Shown piece after piece: positions 13,502-26,375 of a DNA stretch of 64,000 bases. The notes beneath the pieces are model-generated. The model did not search any database, was not told where the DNA came from, and saw only the letters and a program-made list of their open reading frames with translations. Made by a program: the position numbers and the translations under genes. How positions within the stretch are numbered: position 1 is the stretch's first letter; each line of letters starts with the position of its first letter. This DNA is from Auanema rhodensis. Its lineage: Eukaryota > Animalia > Nematoda. The stretch spans positions 7,068,001-7,132,000 of the forward strand of contig OZ059897.1 in NCBI GenBank assembly GCA_964057225.1, read 5' to 3'.

Positions 13502-14695
13502 TTATGTTAAACATTCTTCCGGGATCTCAAATGAATCATAATTGGGTATCTTTGCGTTCATTGTAGGGAACCAATATTCCTGCTTGAACAGTGTGAAATT
13601 TGAAGTATGTGGGAAGAAAAGATCCCATCCATATATCATAGCTGAAATTTAATTAGAACTTAAAAAAATCAAAGAAACCCATATATACGTGAGCTGCCTG
13701 ACGCAAATCCTCTGATAAGGGCAGGATGTTCTCCATTAACATCAGTATCCAATGGGGGTTCACCTTCATAGACACCAACTTCCCGGAATTTATTTTCAAT
13801 GGGCAATTTCTCAAGTTTAGCTCTTCTCACATAGTCTAGACCGAAGCTTAAAATGCATTCATTTGTATATAATGGGTGGTAATTTAGCTTACTCGCCAAG
13901 AAATTCTGCATATCCTCTTGGCATCTGAATGCAACGTCTCTTAGTCTGAAAAAAAAAAACAAAGTAATGGAAACTCTAAAAGATGGATTCTAAAACCTGG
14001 AAGAAGGTAATGTTCTCAAAAACGAAGAAGGAGTATTGCCAATCTTTTGGATTCAATCCAACACGATGGTAAAGTCTTTTCTTTTCATTATCTTGCAACC
14101 AAAGACATGAGTATGTATACGTCTAAAGTTTAATCATCCTCGGCAAAAAAAACCTTTTATTACCTTATAACCTGCATCCGTTCCAAGATCATCACCTGTT
14201 CTATATATCATAGTCAATGTTCCATTTGTGCATTCTTGATTATTAAAGATTGGGAAATTTTCTGGTAATACATAAGGAGTTTCGGGATTCTCTTCAGCTG
14301 AATACAATAAAATATTTAAAAGAAAAGAAAAAGAAAAGTTACCATTGATAATAGAATAAACAAGTGCTCCTGTGCAAGCACCAATGAAAATTCCAGCGAG
14401 ACTAAGTTTTATAAGAATAGTAGTGACCTGAACATGTTTTAGAAGATTCATAGAATAAGTTAAAGCTTAATGTTTATGATGTATCCGTCATTGAGGACAA
14501 AAGCTTATGGGGAAATAAAATATATTGAAAACTAACTGAAGCTTTCTCGTAACGAGTGAGAACTGAAACATCATCACCCCAATCTTCTTCATCATCAATT
14601 ATCTGTCTTAAATATATCGTTTACTAATATGAATAAGAGTGAAAAGAATAAACTAACCCATGTTTTCCACCAAGCTCATGCTCGTGTGAGGACAT
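13502..14695 (-). CDS. Uncharacterised type II membrane protein, possibly ependymin-related (LolA-like) fold, 7 exons
   Basis: Phase-consistent splicing gives MSSHEHELGGKHGQIIDDEEDWGDD..., a TM segment ILIKLSLAGIFIGACTGALVYSII, and a luminal part ...WLQDNEKKRLYHRV...YSFFVFENITFFQTKRRCIQM..., ending NYDSFEIPEECLT*. Confidence 0.8.
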
Positions 14696-15377
14696 CCCTG
14701 AGGCGAAAAATGAATAGTATTTGATATTGATTGATTGCCTATGATTGATTGAACGATAAGAGCTTATCAAGTAATGCCTTTTAAAAAGGTTTTCCTTTTC
14801 TTTCTCACATAAGAAATTGAATCCGGAAATACTAAAATGTCATAATAAAGTATGCCTTGGGTCCCTAAACAACGTATCTTATTTACAGTTGAGATTTTCG
14901 AAGAGTTGAAACGAAATCACTTCTTCAACTTTTCAAAAAAAAATTCAAGATGAAGGCAATCATTTGAAGTTAAATATCTATATGAACCCCCTACAATTGA
15001 AAATATTTCTAAGTTAACTTGAGCTTTTGTCTTTTATCTGTATAATTGCCTTTATCGACATTAAACTCAGAAATTTATTTAGATCTTGTTTACTCTGGGA
15101 TATTCACTTAAACAGAATGTATCTGAATAATAATCAGGCAGTAATTGGTTGCTATGAGCTAATCCGTGTCCAACACTCCACGGACGCATACCAATTTCGT
15201 ATTCACTGATGAACGATATACATCATATTATTTGCTAAGCATCTATAGTGCTCATGCTCAATGCTTTAAACGTTTTTAATATTTTGAAAGTTTGTCTCCA
15301 ATCTTTGAAAATTTTTATTATTTTTATACTGCAGATTAGTAATGGCAATAAGTGAGATATAGAATATCTCGAATATC

Positions 15378-16196
15378 ATGGGTCAACGAAGTGTATATGA
15401 TCCTCGTGATCCATGGGCTTTTCGTAATACATGGACTGGAGAAATACGAAACAGTTATGATGATCTGTTGGTTTCACTCGTAATATCATTAAAGATGCTT
15501 CTTCATTTCAGCTGGATCTGGTTGACACTAATAATTGGAATTACTCTTGTCGCTTTGTTACTATTAATTCCTCTTCTTATGCACAGATATTGCCGAAGTG
15601 AATTGTTTTGCCCAGTAAGTACTACTACTATAAGTCACGTAAAATACGTTAATCGCATGACGCTTGTTGACATTATCATTTTAGTATTGTTTTTTACGTG
15701 GAACGGTTGTTCACCATTTAAACGTTATATTTGTTGTTTCTAATACTTTTTATTTAAGAATTGGTGCTCATGTTTTGATAGAACCTTGTCAGTTGTGAAG
15801 GAGATTGAAAATGAGCGAATAGCTAAGAATAGAGAACGCAGACAAAGAAAGAGAGAATATGATAGACAATTTGGTAGACCTACAGCTATTAACTACGATG
15901 CAAAAAGGTTATATTCCGCCGCTATATAAATTATAATTTAGTGATTTAGAGAATTGAAAAATGGGTCCAAATCTTATCATCATTATCCGGATCCATGTTA
16001 TACCATGAATCATAATAATTGGACTAGAGAACCATATACGAAACATAATCTTCCAATTCATCCTGCCTATCCGTACAGAAGTCATTCACTTCCTCGTCAT
16101 AGCAATGCCAGAGGTCCCAGATATGAACGACGTAGCAGCTCAGTTGGACGAAGAGCAAAACATCGTCATCATATTCCAAGAATTACTTTAAATTAA
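15378..16196 (+). CDS. Uncharacterised single-pass membrane protein with Cys-rich juxtamembrane region and Arg/His-rich tail, 4 exons
   Basis: MGQRSVYDPRDPWAFRNTWTGEIRNSYDDL-WIWLTLIIGITLVALLLLIPLLMHRYCRSELFCP-NWCSCFDRTL...-ELKNGSKSYHHYPDPCY...RITLN*. All joins are phase-consistent GT-AG. Confidence 0.75.
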
Positions 16197-16428
16197 ACTA
16201 TTCCAGAACACTTGTCTATAATAAATGTATAAATCAAAACAGCAACAAAAATTCTCAGAGATTTATAAGTATGAATAAGGAGAACAAAAACAGCATGAAA
16301 AATCGCTTATGAAGATCTATATCTAATGAAAGAAATAAGAGTTCCGTTTATAAATACCTCATAACTGAAAAAAGAATGAAAAACATGTCTTAAACAAAAT
16401 AAATTCAATAATATTATTACGCGTGAAT

Positions 16429-17078
16429 CTAATCACATTTGAGGAAACAAGTTTCTGAACAGTCTACAACCTCACTAGGCTGTCAAGACAATCTTGCAGT
16501 AATTTTAAAAGTTAAAATACCATATGTTCATTATGCAAAATCATAGCTCTGGTGGCTTTTGTTTTCTGAAATGAGAAGAAATCATAAATTTTGACAATAA
16601 AAAATCTTACTGAAGCGAAAAACGCATCTTGCTAGACAAGTTAAAGTTATTGCTCCAACCACAGCAACAGATACACCACCCGCAATCCAAACCCACTCCT
16701 GGAACATAGTACAAACGTAAAGTTTTTTAGGCTGTCGAAACCTTTATATGTGTACAACAATGGGTTTCATTATTCGGACAACATGTTGTATATGTGAAGA
16801 AAGTGTCTATAACAGTTCCGTTAGTCCCTAGATAATCCTCATAGATGTATTGAATAAATTAATTTGAACAATAGGGATTTAAAATATAGTAAAAACTAAC
16901 ATGGTTTACAACTTCGAACTGCGTCATTATCACTGGGACAGTGATATGTTCGTTCTTCATTGGCTTGAAATTCTAACAGTTCTTCAGGTAAAGGCTCTTC
17001 TGTTGGCACATCAATAGTTGTAACCAGATATGGTAATAAAGAGAAAAAAACTAATAATACAGTACTTGATGGAAACAT
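16429..17078 (-). CDS. Signal peptide + six-cysteine (C-C-CC-CC) + TM protein, Shisa-like single-TM superfamily, 5 exons
   Basis: Signal peptide MFPSSTVLLVFFSLLPYLVTT; HCPSDNDAVRSCKPWTNGTVIDTFFTYTTCCPNNETHCCTHIK; TM EWVWIAGGVSVAVVGAITLTCLARCVF; stop TAG at 16431-16429. Confidence 0.8.
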
Positions 17079-18342
17079 CTATGCTTCAAGTTCTAAAAAA
17101 GGAAACTATTAGGCAGAAAACAAGACGAAGAAAGCCGCTGACGAAAGTAATATACGGATCTAAACTAGGGGGTGACATAGGAATTAGCTAAAAATCGAAC
17201 ATGTTGCGATCCACTTCACTTTTTCTATGAAGGTAATCATATCTTCTCAGTGTTAAATCTAACAATATTGGGAGAAAACAAAGTCTACAACCTCAAAGAA
17301 GATAGTTGAGAGAAAAAAGTGAAGCTATCTAGATCTGCTTAGCCTTCATCACTGAGAATATATGGGAGAACACAACTACTGACGAGGTAATGACGACGTG
17401 CCATATAACTAAAGGACTTAAGACACAGATTTTGACATGTAGAGTCCCTATACTTTGATGAAAAATAACGGCAGGTTTAGTGAATTGCTTATACTCTCTC
17501 CAGTCAAAGAACATGACCAGATGGAGGATTGTTGTGCACAACAATAGCAACATCATATCATATTTAACGAAATTCGACAGTAAAGTGCAAAACAAAAACT
17601 CAAAAAAACCACATTAATGTCAAAATATCATTAAATTCCAAAATACAAACAAAAAATATCAATAGTTGAAAAAATTCTTGATAAGTTTCAAAAAAAAATT
17701 GCAGCGGCTCAGTGGAATTGTGCCAATTACGAAGTCAGTTACTTCCCAAATATGTCAACAACTAAACTTTGTCTTGAGCCGCGCCGGACTTCTAGAAAGA
17801 TAGAACAAATGCTAGTTGCATATGGACATATCACATCGAGGGTATATGGATTGACAGCGAATAGAAGAAGGAGAGGACTTTCTATGGTTTGCAGAGGGCA
17901 ATTGATTCGAAGGCCGGATGCAAATTATAAAATCAGATCGCCCCAAATTGCCGACGTGTTCTTTCTCAGAAGATTCTTGTCGATATGTAATAAAACAGTT
18001 TTATACACCTCTACATGACTTATACGAAAACTAATATGTAAAGCCAAAACTGTTGGAACGAGATCAAACTATAAGTGCAAGCGACATTCTACGCTCAGAT
18101 TTAGAAACATTCGTGTTGCACCCTTTAAATTATAATAAACCGGATTTGGCAATCGCTTGGACTAATGCATTTGAACGATGCTCTCTACATTAAACGTCTT
18201 CTTATGAAAATTATTCTACCCCTATCACTAAGTTTTCAGAAATATTTTAATCCGTCTTCTTTATAAAAAGCTAGAACACTATTACAAAAATTTTGTTGGA
18301 ATATTCCTACAAAATCTACAAAACAAGAAATACACTGAAAAA

Positions 18343-19047
18343 TTAATGTTGTCCCGTGGCGGCCTTGATGAGAGCTTCAGCTACCTTAAAATTAAAACAG
18401 TTTGAAAAAAATTGAAAGTATAGTGTTACCTCGATTCTAATAGAAGCTTCGGCCTTAGCGACCTCGCTTCCTTCGTTACTAGCGCGCTGGGCCTCTTCAA
18501 GTTCTTTACGGGCAGCCTATAAATCGGAATATTACAAATTTAGAAGAAAAATACTGATATGGTAAAAACATAGTAATAATATCATTCAAAAACTTACAGC
18601 CTCATCAATTTCTTCAATAGTGGCAACCTCCTCAGCAAGAACTTGGCAGGATCCATCAATGTTCATGGAGAGGGTTCCGGAAGAAACAAAGACCTTCTTA
18701 ACAGATCCTATAAATATATAAAATATACTTTCGTTTCACAACAGAACAATGAACCATCTAATTCAGTGACTTGGACAACTCCTGGCTTAAGAACTCCAAT
18801 GGTTGGGACGTGGTTAGCCAAAACACCGACAACTCCGGCAAGAGTTGGGACATCGACTTGCTTAACAGCGACTCCGCTGTACACAGCCTTCAAAGGATAG
18901 GTAGAACATTGTATAACAATAAATTAAGATTACCTTGGTTGGAGAGGCAAAGGTAAGAAGAAGCTCTTCAGAAGCGCTCTTTTGAGCAGCAGCAGCATAG
19001 CCTCTGCGAGCAACAGTGGTGAAACGAGAAACTGTACGAGCCAGCAT
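18343..19047 (-). CDS. ATP5F1D: Mitochondrial ATP synthase F1 subunit delta
   Basis: Presequence MLARTVSRFTTVARRGYA; LLLTFASPTK-AVYSGVAVKQVDVPTLAGVVGVLANHVPTIGVLKPGVVQV; VFVSSGTLSMNIDGSCQVLAEEV; AKAEASIRIEVAEALIKATGQH*. Confidence 0.96.
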
Positions 19048-19289
19048 TATACCCAGCGATCTAAATACTAAAAAATTCAGAAAGTTAATGAATTTTCACA
19101 TAATAAAATAAACAAGAAAGAAATAGAACAATTATGAACGCGGAAAACTTCAATGTCTTTTAATGTTCTACTTGCGCTATACATTTCATTCACACAAGCG
19201 CCCAAACCTAAGTTAATTCAATGGCAAATTTTCCAGTTTATATTCTTAAAATAAAAAATATCAATTGTTTTGGCATATTATCAAAAAAC

Positions 19290-19410
19290 AAGCAATTTAG
19301 GAATATTTTATAGTGACCGCCCGTCTTAACAATCTTGCTCTCACGTCATTTCACGACCAAGAACTACAGTAACCTGAAAACCGCTATTTCGTTCAAGCGC
19401 GAAGAAATAT
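19290..19410. promoter_or_regulatory. Probable promoter of the ATP synthase delta gene
   Basis: CpG-enriched patch in AT-rich DNA about 250-350 bp upstream of the ATG, containing CTACAGTA (19364-19371) and TCACGTCA. Confidence 0.4.
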
Positions 19411-21400
19411 AGTTTGAATAAATTGATAAACGGTTGGGTATCATTGATAGCCAACTTTAGAGATATGAATACGGTAAAACTCTTTATTTATTTTCAGTTT
19501 AAATTTTCGAAATATATAACAAGGTACTTCTCCTTTATTTACTACTTATGCTATATGTACTACGGGTACTACTTATGCTATATGCTAGAAGCAATTCATC
19601 CTTTTAATCTGTGCTTTATTAATATATTATTGGACCCTTGTATCACATTTCATATGAAATTAGGTTCAAATAGCGTATTAATAGCTTATAAATTTATTGC
19701 TTATACTATAGTTAATTATATGCGCAAAATATGCTAATTATCATTTGAGTTCATCATTAATATGATTTCTTACTTTTGTTGTTAGACATTCAATGAGCGG
19801 TTGTATTCAAGTCATGAAGATTACGGTAAGAAATTATATTTATATCATGATAGAGAAGGATTCATAATTTCATCATTGCTGACTGTATTTGTGTGTATAT
19901 AAATATCTTATTCATCAAATTGAGCTTCTGACAAAGTACTCGCCGAACTTCATAGTTGTGAAATGTTTCTTTATCAAATTTTAGTGATAATGCTTGTTCT
20001 ATCATAATCTTCTATTTCTTCTGCTAAATTTACTCATCTGTTGTATATACTGTCTAGATTGTCATGTGATATACAAAAAAAAGGAACAGCAAGCTAGTGT
20101 CAAATAATTGATTGATTGATAATCACTGTCTGATGTTTAATGAAGTATATCCAGTATAATAGACATAACACCAACACCTTCAAATCTGACGAGATGTAAT
20201 CTGTTAATTTGATCTTTTCATTTACCAGATTTGTGTCTGATGGTAGTTCTTCAGTACAGATTATAGCAAAGCATAAGTGAAATTTGTCTGCGAAATGGAA
20301 CAAGTTTGCAAACCCATCATTTACTGGCAGCGTGAGAGCATGTAGATCTGAAACTTTTAGTTTATTTTTATCTCTTTATCTATTCGAAATGACGATATGA
20401 TGCCATGTAGATAGTTGTAACGAAGATATTTTTTAAAATCATCTAGTTTAATTCTAGTCTTGTTTGGATTATGTAGTGATTAGATAGCAAGTCCCTTTCA
20501 TTGGTAGTTTCAAAACTGATCACAAGAAGAACTTTATGAATATGAAGACAATGTCTTCCATCTCGGAAGATAGCTGCAAAACTGCTAAAATTGTCAGACC
20601 ATTCTAAAGATCTGTAGATAATGATGAAATGAAATGTAGCTGAAGATATGCATGTAATAATATTTATATTCTCGAAATAGGGCCGAGCCCATTTTTATGA
20701 TTTGCGCAGTCACGAGTTAAGCCTTTTTCCGAGATCTGCTGACCGACTTTACTGCTTATCACTTTATGTTATGTTTTTACGATTGAACATATCTATGCAT
20801 GCTTTTGCTTTGAGCCGAACTCATGAAAAAATTCCATGACTCAGTGGTATGTGAAACGCTCCCAGAATTCTAGATTTTTGAAAAATCAAGAAAACAAAGC
20901 TCACTCGATTGAACGAGTTTTATATCCAAAAAAAAGAGAAAGAATGTTGCTAAACGTCATTTCGAATTTTCTGATGTTTAACCAGAAACATTAATTGTTT
21001 TTTTCTTGAATAACTGTTGTAGGTTAGACTACTAAATCGCATCCGGCAAGAGCAGTTTAAGTCACCTGACTTTCCAATTTTGGCAACGAAAAAGTTATTT
21101 CTGAAATTAGATAAGCTAAGTGGAGAGAAAAAAGCTGTCAATTCTCTGAATTTTTCTGAGTCTAATAGATTACGTTGGTGTGACCTATCTTAACGGCATT
21201 TTTTCGTGTTTAAATTATTTTGGTCAGGTTCACTCTTTTAAACTATACTAGAACTTTACTTCTCATCGTAATCGAGGTTTTTCACATTATGATAGCTAAG
21301 GTCAATTAATCAATGTTTAATCGAAAATTAATCGGCAATGAATATATCAAATAAAACTGTAATAATCTGGACCATCTATCTATGAGAACTAAAAATGTTT

Positions 21401-21427
21401 CTCTCTCTATCTCTCTCTCTCTCTCTC
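21401..21427. repeat. (CT)n microsatellite
   Basis: ctctctctatctctctctctctctctc. Confidence 0.8.
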
Positions 21428-23679
21428 TTTTCGTTTTATCAACTGTGAAGAAAGAAAAAATTTCACAAAGATTGATGGAAAGAGAAACATTTTTAACACC
21501 TTGCCACGTGGTTCATGGCTGAGTTGTTCGACGAAAGTCAGAATTAAGCATCGGATAGAGAGAGATCTCCAAGAATCAGTTCTCACATATGCTACCTAAT
21601 AATACCGGCAGAAACACCTAATTCGTCAATCAATCGTAAATAACCATCAAACCCGGTGATGGGAGGTCATTTCGACCAGCATAAGACCCAAGACGCACAA
21701 GCTATCCGTCAAGTTGGAATTTACGCAGTTCAATTCATTGTGGTAAGTGCTGTCTCCCCGAGAATTTCCATCATCACAAGGTAGACAGGTAGCTTCGTTG
21801 TGCAAAGTATAGTTAAAAATTGAACGAGGTAAACTTATCTCCAAAGTTTTGCAAATCGATCCACGTGAACTCGTCAAGGCCAAATGCTTTTTGTGTCCAG
21901 GACACCTTCTGTAACCATTTAGCAAGAGATCGAGGCTTCTTCTTGGCGTGAAACAATACTGATCGGTTTTGCGTGTTCCGAGGTGGATACACCTAAGAGC
22001 ATTGAATCAGACACATTTTCTTATCCATTTGCTGCGAATTTCCTGATTTCTTCGTTTTATCATAAGCAGAGAATGTGAAAATTTTCAGTCTCCTTGAGAC
22101 ATACATCAGTATATATTGCATCAGACTACTGATCTAAAAAAAGCGAATAAGAAGAATAAATGTAGATAGAGAGATAGAGATTTTAGCGTTTCGAATTTGC
22201 AGAGAAGTTGTTGTTCCTTTCTACAGAACGGCTTTGCATTCGGTGATCCTTCCGCAACAGCTTGTGACCCTGAGATAATTCTCAACCTTACTCCAAGTTA
22301 TTCTATTTTGGGTTATCAGACGTCACACCCGTTATTCTTGTCTAGATTTGGAATCAAAAACGAATATATAAGCAGAACTATTTATAAGTGGAATGAAATT
22401 AAATTAACAACAAAAATTGTTTAACTGTTAGCATATGAAAAGAAATATTTTAAAAGATATCGTTCTCCAGGTTGTCGCCTCGAACTCGGATTAGTATTAA
22501 GATGTTATATGTAGAACAGTGTTTAAGAGGAGATCAAAGAAAAACTATGTTATATACTGTGCATTTATATACAGTGTATGTACAACAAACAAGAAAAAAA
22601 TGTTAAAACTTTCAGACATGATGATGATAAAACAATTAATATACAGTTATGTACAGGTTGTCCCCATTTCTTGGATATATAGTTGCATGAGTGGGGGCTC
22701 AACTGGATGTAATCAGCCCGATTTGTGCGGTTGAAGCTATAGTTTTCGCTTCGGTTTCTGAGGAATAACCACAAAACGTTTGATAGAGAATACCAACTCA
22801 GGTTACAGAACTAGAAGGCATCGTAGAATACTTTCTCGAATTCACAAAGTGTAGTGCCGGCGGCGGGGATTGGATCTCTTGTTGCTTAGTGAGTCCATGC
22901 GACGCTGTCGTTGGATGTCAGCGCTGGAGGTTTCGTCAGCGTAGTTTCCGATGATAATGTGGAACATCTTGAGTGAACTAATTGGTGTAGAACAAGAAAA
23001 ACTCAATAGATGAGGTAGAATCAAATAGAAGTAATTTAATTAGAAGCTCGGTTGATGAGAAACGCGAGAATTTACTTTGATCACAATCGAGTGAGAGTGA
23101 ACGATTGGAGTCGTCTACGGTGGTCAGTTGGTTCTCAGATTCTGCGACATCGCTTCATATAGTTGGCTGGCCAAGCTCCGCCCATTTTGCTTATCGTTTT
23201 CCACGGCGACGGGTCTGATAGGAGACAGATCGTTGATGCAAAAGACGAGGCGCCACAATCATTTTGATAGGCTGACATGCTATCTTATCTATGAAAACCA
23301 AGTACGATTCATAGTTTTATGTTAGTTGAGACAGGGTTGACAGCTTGCCAGTATCAGGATCTGAACGCTCTGGTCGCAGTTCGTGCAGATGCATCGCATC
23401 GTTCAACGACCTCGAATATTAAAAGAACGATGTTCACAATCTCGGCAGATTAATTCGAAAGTGAAAAAGATTAAATTTTCCATGAAAAGTCATTGACTCA
23501 TAAATGTGTACACAAGACATGGCGGTCAGTTATCTATGTCTTGTCTTGTTTTAGAATTGAAAAAAAGAAACAAAAGTAGCAATTCCAGATGTAAGCTGAT
23601 TTGTTCAAAAAGCTTAAACAGACAGAAATGATATCACAGACAGTTGTACATATTTAGTTGGCTCGGAAATTAATCTCTT

Positions 23680-24010
23680 GGGCTACCGCAATCTAAGCTC
23701 CACAGAGACGCTGTTTTGTCGCAAGGGGATTGCGCAAACCCTTATTAAATGTTGTTTACCTCTTGAGCAAATACATCTTGGAAGTCAAATTGTTTGCCCT
23801 TATTTTGCGGGAACCTTCTTACCTCGTGCGATTTACGTTTTGCAGAATTGGCGGAAATTCGCAGAGCGTCTTGACGCCGCCTAAATTCATTCCACTTAGA
23901 TTGCGTTGTTTTCGTTTTCAATTATTTTATTATATTAAAACAAAAATGTAATACTATCATAACTCATTATTTCCTCATACCATGCGTCTCGTGTCTGTTT
24001 TTACTGCTTC
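23680..24010. promoter_or_regulatory. CpG-rich promoter-like island with E2F-like sites
   Basis: Dense CpG, with GCGGGAA (23807-23813), GGCGGAAA (23850-23857) and TGCGTCTC (23983-23990). Confidence 0.4.
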
Positions 24011-24405
24011 TCGTGCAAAATGCAGTTTAGTAGCAACAATCTCTTATCGAAAATTTAATTGCCTCATAGTCTTAAAAGTGAAAAAAAAGCCCAAGGAAAA
24101 GCAGGAGAAAGTCAGTTTCCGTTCGTAATCGAAACCATTATCAGTTAATCATCATTTATTTTACAAAATCTGCAGTCAATATACATGTCAAAGCAAAGCA
24201 AATGACCATATGAAAACGTAAAAATTTTTTTGTTTATTTAGAAATATGAATATGAAGTATTATTATTATTATTATAAGCGAATTGATAAACAAAATGAAC
24301 TTCTTAGGAATATTTACAATTAAAAAGAATTATAATAATTTGTATCTAACGTAAAAATTTCTAGTTTTTACAGAAAATTCATCGTGATTTTTTTTATGTA
24401 CAACA

Positions 24406-25976
24406 TCAGGCGTAATGGGCATCCCCTTGTTGAATTAGAGCTTCAAGCTCAAACTCCCAATCAAGCAACTCAGCAAGCATTCTCACTCCATCATCACACT
24501 TTTGTTTCAGAAAAACATCTCTTCGATGAAAGAAATTAACGATTCATTTGATAAAAACGATTTATACCTGGTATTACTTTTGTGGCCATAGCACAATCCT
24601 TCAGAAGCCATTTCGCTTTTTCCAATTTGACCAGCTTCTTCAAGATTTATTAACAATCGAGGAACTTCTCCAGCAACCTTAAAAACAAGTTCATTTGATT
24701 TTTCATTAACAAATACTTACTTCACTTATCAAACCTGCAAATGGTTGTACTACCAGTGACGTTCCCATAATAATGAGAAGGTCGCATTTTGGAAAATCCT
24801 ACAACAAAACACATTTATCTCTTAAAATCTTGCAAAAAGACTTACTCTCATGGCACATTGAAAAAATCTAGCTGGAAGATTTTCACCAAAGAAAGTTATA
24901 TCAGGTTTCACAAGCCCCCCACAAGCACATTTGGGATATGGAAGACCTTTATCAAGCTCATCTAAGGTAATCTATGTAAAAAAAGAATTCATGTTCTAGA
25001 ATTACCTTCAACCCATTTTAAATCATATTTCTTTTTACATTTTAAACAAGTACTAATCCTGTGAGATCCATGTGCTTCAACAATATAATCTTCCGGAATT
25101 CCGGTCATGTGTTCCAATCCATCAATGTTCTGAAACGATCATTAAAAAAATTAGAAAAATACGGTTTAAAACCTGAGTGAACCAGCGTTTCAGCATCTTT
25201 TTTTTTGCCAAAAGGTGAACAAAATAATGCGTTGGAGTTGGCTACAGGAAAATATTTTAATTAAATCTTCTTATAAGATATAAGACAACCTTAATATTTT
25301 TTGGGAACATCTTTTGAGCCACTGAATAAAAAGGCTCAGGATTGCGTATAAAATAAGGTAAAGAGAATATTTCCATTGGATCGGAGAGATTGTATTCTTG
25401 TAGATTATCATACAAGCCAGTATCTTAAATATCATCTTCGCTTAAGCAACATGAGTACAATCTCATTTTTTAATTTATAAGTAAGAAGAGTATGTGCGTA
25501 CTACTCATGAAAAATTTAAAAGTAGGATTTTTTTTTGAATAAAGATTTGAGTAATAATTTAATGCCATACTTGGACTTCTAAAATCTGGGATTCCGGCTG
25601 ATGTTGAAATACCGGCACCTGTCATAACTACAATGTTATTAGGTTTATGTGTCTTTATGAATTCCGCCATCCCTTGAATAGTGAGCTCATTTAGTTTCTT
25701 TTTTCCAGTGCTTGCTCCTTAAGATAATTAATAGGCTAACTTTCCAATGTTAACAAACCAAGAACATTATGTAAGGCTCCTTCAAAGCTTTCCACAAAAC
25801 GATTAAACACAACACCTATTTTGTCGCTTGTGGATGATTTAGATGTATCTTCTGTGTTTTCAGATGTATTGTTGTCTTTAAAATTAATATATATTATTGG
25901 ATATTTCAATATATGAGCTACCATGTGATGATTCTTTAGATTTGTCGTGTCGATGTTTCAGGCCATCGTCACTCAT
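24406..25976 (-). CDS. SIRT2: NAD-dependent deacetylase, class I sirtuin of SIRT2/Hst2 type
   Basis: Motifs GAGISTSAGIPDFRSP, GLYDNLQEYNLSDPMEIF, PEPFY, PTPTHYF, TQNIDGLE, VEAHGS, CLKC...CACGGLVKPDITFFGENLP, DFPKCDLLIIMGTSLVVQPFA, PRLLINLE, RDVFLKQKCDDGVRMLAELLDW. Confidence 0.93.
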
Positions 25977-26375
25977 GCTAAAACATGTTCTCTTAGTTTT
26001 ATTAAATTTGTGAAAAAACTTATAGCTAAAAAGATTAAATAAAATGAAAAGAAAGATCATAAACAAATGCCTGAAATATTGTTTATATATTAATATTTGG
26101 AGTGTTATTTATTTATTTATTATGTTCTCGGTCTCAGAGCGAAAACCTGATTACGGTATAGAAATCTCTCGAAGTAACTGCTTCAGCTGATCGAACCTTG
26201 TTGTCAAGCAACTGGTAAGCAAACGGCTTACATTGCAGAACTTGAGAGGTTATTTTCTTTTTTGTTCTTCATGCTTCTTCGTATTCTGTAGATATTCAAT
26301 ATATATTTCTTATTAAATTTTAAAAATCAGAAAGCAAAATATTTTTCAGTAATTATTATTAGTGTAACAGCAACC

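Noticed and set aside
17860-17890. RNase MRP-like GAAAGTCC on the minus strand
   Set aside because: No complementary P4 partner or other conserved regions could be found.
19540-19584. 18-bp direct repeat (tactacttatgctatatg x2) inside the 19414-19737 ORF
   Set aside because: Probably a local slippage duplication. The ORF is AT-rich and non-coding in character.
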